Source: Candidatus Melainabacteria bacterium SSGW_16 (GTDB lineage: Bacteria; Cyanobacteriota; Vampirovibrionia; 2-02-FULL-35-15). From it: 64,000 nucleotides of DNA. Positions 58,584 through 64,000 of the stretch are shown piece after piece. The DNA lies in the NCBI GenBank assembly GCA_004769085.1, contig DUDS01000015.1, positions 97,975 to 161,974 on the forward strand. Direction: 5' to 3'. A program made the translations under genes and the position numbers. The notes below the pieces were generated by a model. That model was not told where the DNA came from. It made no database searches and saw only the letters and a program-made list of their open reading frames with translations. Numbering within the stretch: the stretch's first letter is position 1; each line of letters starts with the position of its first letter.

Positions 58584-59222
58584 ATGATTGTAAATCTTGA
58601 AACAGATCCACGGACTAAATTACACCAGCTACAGTCATGGGGAACAACCTTTCGTCATTTAGACAGACATACTTTAATCGACCTTGCAACAAATCCTAAT
58701 AGAAGAGTTAAAAACATTAACGTAAGACTTGATGCAATGTTGTTCCTCAGGGAAAGTGGTTGTGTTTCTTCAAAGGAGGTTGAACCATTATTCAGATTGG
58801 TAAAAGACGAAAAAGATTTCCCTATCTGGGTAGATGCAGATTCTATTGTTGTTCAGGAAGTTACACACGAAAAAAATCATGAAGATTTACCATATAAACA
58901 AAAACTAAAAAGAGATATTGAGGAAAATGTTGCTATATTAAGAAGTTGGGCTGCTCTTATGGTTGCTGAATTTGGTCAGAAAACTCAGATTTACAAAAGA
59001 ATTAAACAAGAATTTATTACTGAATTAAAGGAAATACTTAATAAAATTGCAACTGATCCTGTTTTTGTAAATCAAAATACACATAAAACATCAACTTACT
59101 TTAATGGCTTCTTAAAAGCGCTTTATCTGGCTGATAAACAGTCTGCAATGCCATTTATTACTAAATATGGGATTGATCTTTCCGATCTGTTTCCACCATA
59201 CCCAAGAAAAGCAGCGAAATAA
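58584..59222 (+). CDS. Hypothetical protein, apparently alpha-helical
   Basis: 212-aa ORF; no motif recognised. Confidence 0.6.
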   Translation: MIVNLETDPRTKLHQLQSWGTTFRHLDRHTLIDLATNPNRRVKNINVRLDAMLFLRESGCVSSKEVEPLFRLVKDEKDFPIWVDADSIVVQEVTHEKNHEDLPYKQKLKRDIEENVAILRSWAALMVAEFGQKTQIYKRIKQEFITELKEILNKIATDPVFVNQNTHKTSTYFNGFLKALYLADKQSAMPFITKYGIDLSDLFPPYPRKAAK

Positions 59223-59334
59223 GTATTTATTCCAAACAAACAATATTTTTATAATTCACTTGATCTTTTATGTGAATTTAGGAGAATAAAACTGTTAGCC
59301 TGGTTCTTACTATTTAAGAAAGGTTATAAGTTAA

Positions 59335-60342
59335 ATGATAGAAACTTTATATAAAACAGAAACAAAACAGAATCCACTTCTTACAAACGTGAATGGTAAA
59401 AGAGCAGTAAAAATATTTTCAGGCCGGGCAAATAAACCTTTAGCCCAGGAAATCTGTAATTATCTTAATTTACCTTTAGGGAAAATAAATATAAATCCTT
59501 TTTCAGACGGAGAATTATATGTTCAGGTTGAAGAAAGTGTACGCGGTTGTGATGTATTTTTAATTCAGCCAACATCACCACCAGTAAATGAAAATGTAAT
59601 GGAGTTGTTTATTGTTCTGGATGCATTAAAAAGAGCCAGCGCAGAAAAAATTACTGTCGTTATGCCTTACTATGGCTATGGTCGCCAGGACAGAAAAGCT
59701 GCAGGACGTGAGCCAATCACAGCAAAACTTATAGCTGATCTGTTAAGCCCTGCAGGTGCAAACAGGATACTTGCACTTGATCTGCATGCCACACAGATAA
59801 TGGGATTCTTTGATATTCTTGTTGATCACTTATTTGCAACACCTGTACTTGTGGAACATATAAACACTCTTAAATTAAAGGATATTGTAGTTGTAAGTCC
59901 TGACGTAGGCGGAGTGACGAGAGCAAGGGCATTTGCAAAAAAATTAAACGACGCACCGATTGCAATTCTCGACAAAAGAAGACCTGTAGGAAAACACAAT
60001 ACTGTTGAAGTTATAAACATCATCGGTGAAATAAAAGGTAAAACCTGTGTAATAGTTGATGACATGATTGATACTGCAGGAACCATTACACAAGGCGCAA
60101 TATTACTTGCAAAAGAAGGTGCCAAGGAGGTTATAGCATGTGCAACACATGGTGTTTTATCCGGTCAGGCAAAAGAAAGAATTGATAACTCTCCAATAAC
60201 AAATTTAATAGTTACTAATTCAATCCAGGTACCCACTGAAAGAGCTCCTAAAAAACTTAAAGTTCTCAACGTAGCAGGACTTCTTGCAGAAGCCATCAAA
60301 CGAATTCACCTTGATGATTCTGTCAGTGAAATGTTTAACTAA
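59335..60342 (+). CDS. prs: Ribose-phosphate pyrophosphokinase
   Basis: FSDGE, ESVRG, PYYGYGRQDRK, DLHA.QI.GFF, VSPDVGGV.RAR, VDDMIDTAGT. Confidence 0.97.
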   Translation: MIETLYKTETKQNPLLTNVNGKRAVKIFSGRANKPLAQEICNYLNLPLGKININPFSDGELYVQVEESVRGCDVFLIQPTSPPVNENVMELFIVLDALKRASAEKITVVMPYYGYGRQDRKAAGREPITAKLIADLLSPAGANRILALDLHATQIMGFFDILVDHLFATPVLVEHINTLKLKDIVVVSPDVGGVTRARAFAKKLNDAPIAILDKRRPVGKHNTVEVINIIGEIKGKTCVIVDDMIDTAGTITQGAILLAKEGAKEVIACATHGVLSGQAKERIDNSPITNLIVTNSIQVPTERAPKKLKVLNVAGLLAEAIKRIHLDDSVSEMFN

Positions 60343-61046
60343 TGTACAAACCACTGCTATTATTTTTTTTAATCTTGTCCGGATTTCAGTTAAAAGCTTA
60401 TTCACAAACAGGATCTACTGAAAATCCAGGTGGTATCCAGATCATAGCCCCACAGCAAAATTTAAGAGACAGAGAGCTATCTAACCTAAAGGATGAAATT
60501 ACCAGGCTTAGAAAAGAGATTGTGGGACAAAAAGAAACAACTTCAAATCTTGTTCAAAGATTCAATGAGCTTGTTACAAACCAGGGTTCATTTATAACAG
60601 AACTTAGAACTACAATCTTCACTAATCAGGATAATAAGTTCAAAGATGCTTTCATCCTGGGTAAAGATGGTAAACCATTTGCTTTTATAGATACAGGCTT
60701 AAAGATTTACGAATATGCAGGAGGGAATCTTCTCGGATGGATAACCTCAGATACAAATGAAGTAGTAAGAAACTTTGATAATTCAGTAGTTGCAATAATT
60801 GAAAGTGATTTTGTAATTGATGAATCAGGGCACCCAATCGGCTCTATAGAAAGATCTGAAACACTAAAATGGGACAGGGAAAAGCTTTATGGAAAAACAC
60901 AAAAAACACCTGTTTCACATTTTTTTGAAAGACCTCAGACACCACGCAGATTTATCCTGAGCCCATACAGATCAAGCGAATGGTCAACACTAAGAATTGA
61001 AGATGTGCTTAGCTTCTCTGAAAAAAGCATTCAAAGAATTAAATAA
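60342..61046 (+). CDS. Secreted hypothetical protein with coiled coil and four-fold beta-repeat domain
   Basis: Signal peptide; heptad region; four repeats like DGKPFAFI, GGNLLGWI, DNSVVAII, SGHPIGSI. Confidence 0.6.
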   Translation: MYKPLLLFFLILSGFQLKAYSQTGSTENPGGIQIIAPQQNLRDRELSNLKDEITRLRKEIVGQKETTSNLVQRFNELVTNQGSFITELRTTIFTNQDNKFKDAFILGKDGKPFAFIDTGLKIYEYAGGNLLGWITSDTNEVVRNFDNSVVAIIESDFVIDESGHPIGSIERSETLKWDREKLYGKTQKTPVSHFFERPQTPRRFILSPYRSSEWSTLRIEDVLSFSEKSIQRIK

Positions 61047-61102
61047 CAATATGTAATTCGTCTCTTAGAAAAGTCTCTTAAGTTATAATAAGTATGCTCT
61101 TT

Positions 61103-61174
61103 GGGCAGTTGGCGCAGCGGTAGCGCACCTCGTTTACACCGAGGGGGTCGGGGGTTCAAATCCCTCACTGCCCA
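61103..61174 (+). tRNA. tRNA-Val(TAC)
   Basis: Acceptor stem GGGCAGT/ACTGCCC, D arm GCGC-AGCGGTA-GCGC, anticodon arm CCTCG-TTTACAC-CGAGG, TTCAAAT T-loop; CCA end not encoded. Confidence 0.97.
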
Positions 61175-61243
61175 TGTCATTTCTTACGGCTCGTCACATC
61201 TTAGATTTTTATACTTTTCAAGCTACATCACCTAACATTGATC

Positions 61244-61273
61244 GGATTTGTCCGCCTAAGGCGGAACAAATCC
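61244..61273. terminator. Hairpin between convergent tRNA-Val and guaB3 (terminator or REP-like unit)
   Basis: GGATTTGT-CCGCC-TAA-GGCGG-A-ACAAATCC; no clear U-tract on either strand. Confidence 0.45.
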
Positions 61274-61316
61274 TCTAAACTTAAAACAGTTTTAATTAAA
61301 AAATTTAATTCGAGGC

Positions 61317-62513
61317 TTACTTCCCCATGCCAAGTTTTTGGGCTTTCTGAAACATTTTCCCTTCAGTAAGAATTGATGGAGCAATTACAATTTCTACCTG
61401 CTGCATTTCTTTTATATTTTGTGCTCCAAGTGTTGACATAGATGTTTTAAGTGCGCCTATAAGGTTTTGAGAGCCATCATCAAAAGTTGCTGGACCCAGT
61501 AATATTTCTCTTAGTGTTCCAATTGAACTTACTTTTATTCTTGTTCCTCTGGGTAAAACAGGACTCGGCGTAGCCATCCCCCAGTGAAAACCATTTCCTG
61601 GTGCTTCTTTTGCTTTTGCCAGCGGGGAGCCAATCATTACAGCATCTGCACCACATGCAATTGCTTTGCATATATCACCACCGGTTGACATTCCACCATC
61701 ACCAATAACATGCACATATCTTCCTGTTTTTACAAAATAATCGTCCCTTGCCGCTGCACAATCTGCTATTGATGTAGCCATTGGAACTCCAATTCCAAGC
61801 ACACCACGGCTTGTACAGGCAGCACCAGGACCAATTCCAATAAGCACTGCACTTGCACCTGCTTTCATGTGTTCAAGAGCAACTTCATATGTTACACAAT
61901 TTCCTACTATTACAGGAATTGACATCTTTTGTATGAAATCTCTCAGATTAAAACATGCAGATTTATCATTTGATTTATGTTCAACTGAAACTACTGTACT
62001 TTGAACCACAAAAATATCAGCACCTGCTTTTTCTGCTACTGGTCCATAAATATTTGCCACATTTGGAGTACAGGAAACAGCACAAATTGCTCCAGCAGAT
62101 TTAATTTCTTTAATCCTTTTCTGAATAAGTTCTTCTTTAACTGGTTCAGAATAAAGTTTTTGCATAAGAGGTACTAAAGCTTGATTATCTGCTTCAGTTA
62201 TTTCTTTTAAAGGATTTTCATAGTTTTCATATCTTGTATAAATTCCCTGCATGTTTAAAACACCAAGTCCTCCAAGTTTTGAAAGTGCAATAGCGGAAGC
62301 CGGGCTCATTACACTATCCATTGCAGAAGCTATTACAGGAAATTCAAATTTGTGCTTCCCTAAAATAAAGCTTGTGTCACAGAGTTCGATATCCAGTGTT
62401 ATTTTCCCTGGTGCAAGCGAAATCTCATCAAAGCCAAATGTCTGTCTTGCTTGTCTCCTGCCACCTATAACAGTTTTTGCCTCAGAGAGTCTTTTTTCAT
62501 CGACATTCACCAT
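61317..62513 (-). CDS. guaB3: GuaB3-family IMP dehydrogenase-related protein
   Basis: GFDEI.LAPG, ASAMDSV, GIGPGAACTSRGVLGIG, WGMATPSPVLPRGTRI, TEGK.FQKAQ.LGMGK; no CBS domains. Confidence 0.92.
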   Translation of the reverse strand: MVNVDEKRLSEAKTVIGGRRQARQTFGFDEISLAPGKITLDIELCDTSFILGKHKFEFPVIASAMDSVMSPASAIALSKLGGLGVLNMQGIYTRYENYENPLKEITEADNQALVPLMQKLYSEPVKEELIQKRIKEIKSAGAICAVSCTPNVANIYGPVAEKAGADIFVVQSTVVSVEHKSNDKSACFNLRDFIQKMSIPVIVGNCVTYEVALEHMKAGASAVLIGIGPGAACTSRGVLGIGVPMATSIADCAAARDDYFVKTGRYVHVIGDGGMSTGGDICKAIACGADAVMIGSPLAKAKEAPGNGFHWGMATPSPVLPRGTRIKVSSIGTLREILLGPATFDDGSQNLIGALKTSMSTLGAQNIKEMQQVEIVIAPSILTEGKMFQKAQKLGMGK

Positions 62514-62620
62514 ATTAGTGAAATATGGTAACTCTTTAAAAATAAAAATTCCAATAATATAGAATTAATTTATCTTTGCAGAAATAAAACTAAATACTAA
62601 ATACAGAAGGGAAACTCGCT

Positions 62621-62824
62621 TTATGCTACTTGTTGTCGTTTCAGAAAAATATGATTCAGAATCTCATATACCTCACCGGTGGGATATGCATCATAAAATT
62701 TCTTATAAAGGAAATACACATAGTTAAAAGAAACCTCAGGTGCAATAGTCTCAAGCATCTTAAGGTCATCAGTACCAATCTTTTTTATAAAGTCATCGAT
62801 TAGTTTTCGTACTGAATAATTCAA
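62621..62824 (-). CDS. Hypothetical 67-aa protein
   Basis: TTG start preceded by a clear AAGGAG Shine-Dalgarno sequence; fills the intergenic gap. Confidence 0.6.
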   Translation of the reverse strand: MNYSVRKLIDDFIKKIGTDDLKMLETIAPEVSFNYVYFLYKKFYDAYPTGEVYEILNHIFLKRQQVA

Positions 62825-62929
62825 GTGAATTCTCCTTATTAATATGAAACTACACTATGCTAAAGATTTGGTTAAGATAATAAAATATCCCTTTAAAATT
62901 AACCAGCCATTGCAAAAAAAATGTTACAC

Positions 62930-62965
62930 AAAAAAATATAAGGGGATAGGAAAACCCACCCCCTT
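62930..62965 (-). terminator. Intrinsic terminator of the sigma factor gene
   Basis: Minus-strand RNA AAGGGGGUGGG-UUUU-CCUAUCCCCUU (11-bp stem with two G-U pairs) followed by AUAUUUUUUU, about 25 nt after the stop codon. Confidence 0.8.
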
Positions 62966-62990
62966 ACATTAATAAAACAATTTAAAGTTC

Positions 62991-64000
62991 TTAATGAGTT
63001 AAGTAACCTTCAAGTTTTGTACATCTGTCAGGTTGCCTAAGCTTTCTCATTGCTTTAAATTCAATCTGGCGCACTCGTTCCCGGGTAATTCCAAATAATT
63101 GCCCTACTTCCTCAAGAGTTCTTTCGCGACCATCATCAAGCCCATAACGAAGCCTAATAACCTCTTTTTCCCTTGGCAGTAATGAGCCCAAAACAAGTTC
63201 AATATCATTTCTAAGAAGCTCGTCAGTTGCTGAACTATCAGGCTGAGCAGATTCTGAATCTGCTATAAAGTCACCTAATCTGCTGTCTTCTTCTTTTCCA
63301 AGGGGAGTTTCCAAAGAAACAGGTGTTCTGTTGGCAGCAACAATTTCCTTAACTTTTTGGACTGAAACATCCATTGCTGCAGCCAGTTCATGTTCTGTAG
63401 GCCTTCTGTTTAACCCCTGAGACAGTTCACGGGTAATTTTCTTAAACTTATTTATTGTTTCTACCATATGGACAGGTACCCTTATGGTTCTTGATTTATC
63501 AGCAAGAGCCCTCGTTATACCTTGACGAATCCACCAGGTTGCATAGGTAGAAAACTTATACCCTCTGTCCGGGTCAAATTTTTCAGCAGCTCTGATTAAA
63601 CCTAAGTTTCCTTCCTGTATCAAATCAAGAAAAGGAAGCCCTCTGTTTAAATATTTCTTTGCAATAGAAACTACCAGCCTTAAATTTGCCTGAACAAGCT
63701 GTCTTTTTGCCACAATTCCATCATAGCCACCACTGGCAATTCTTCTGGCTAAATCAATTTCTTCTTCAGCTTTTAAAAGCGGTATCCTTCCAATTTCACG
63801 TAAATAGAGACGGATCGAGTCATCAGTTCCAAGTTCAAGTCTTGGATCAAATAACTCCTCCTCAACAGGAGCATCAGTATCTATATCACTAAGCAGAGCA
63901 TCACTAAATTCAGATTCAATCTGAGTAAGTTGTTCTGCATCAGGTAACTCAGCAGCATCAGCAAGTATTTCTGCCAATGAATTTTGACTAACTATTTCAG
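62991..64000 (-). CDS. rpoD: RpoD/SigA-family sigma-70 factor, probably 5'-truncated by the window edge
   Basis: [65 protein letters not shown]. Frame stays open from 63977 to the window end. Group 1 versus group 2 is unresolved. Confidence 0.9.
   Translation of the reverse strand, partial: EIVSQNSLAEILADAAELPDAEQLTQIESEFSDALLSDIDTDAPVEEELFDPRLELGTDDSIRLYLREIGRIPLLKAEEEIDLARRIASGGYDGIVAKRQLVQANLRLVVSIAKKYLNRGLPFLDLIQEGNLGLIRAAEKFDPDRGYKFSTYATWWIRQGITRALADKSRTIRVPVHMVETINKFKKITRELSQGLNRRPTEHELAAAMDVSVQKVKEIVAANRTPVSLETPLGKEEDSRLGDFIADSESAQPDSSATDELLRNDIELVLGSLLPREKEVIRLRYGLDDGRERTLEEVGQLFGITRERVRQIEFKAMRKLRQPDRCTKLEGYLTH

Noticed and set aside
61103-61316. tRNA-Val as an integration site for a prophage or island
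   Set aside because: No integrase and no duplicate of the tRNA 3' end seen in the window; both flanks are core genes.

Overview
AT-rich bacterial chromosome segment. A GuaB3-type IMP dehydrogenase, a cyanobacterial-style LptD-like protein and the sigma factor suggest a non-photosynthetic Cyanobacteriota relative such as Melainabacteria (inference only). Bases 1 to ~51850 form a surface-glycan tailoring island. It encodes RmlA, RmlB and WecE, three polyprenol-phosphate-type GT2 enzymes, six polytopic GT-C-like proteins (three are tandem YfhO-like paralogs), seven class I methyltransferases, two carbamoyltransferases (one in an sxtI/J/K-like cassette whose 52-aa gene the ORF track missed), two SGNH proteins, two Fe/2OG dioxygenases, a formyltransferase, WbqC, AAC(3)-like, ATP-grasp, radical SAM and AsnB enzymes. 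Two AbiE toxin-antitoxin modules interrupt it. The rest is housekeeping: lptD-like, recF, dciA-like, gyrB, prs, tRNA-Val, guaB3 and an RpoD-family sigma factor. Main observations: (1) two different GTCA-tagged palindromic elements sit in frame at the same loop of two YfhO paralogs; (2) a 717-aa, heavily expanded fold-type II PLP enzyme is coupled to an ATP-grasp ligase in a 10-gene operon ending in the YfhO genes; (3) two YfhO paralogs share a 72/73-bp tract suggesting gene conversion; (4) the two AbiE modules have opposite gene order, each has its own operator palindrome, and they bracket a sugar-modification cassette. All calls come from reading motifs by eye; no database search was run.
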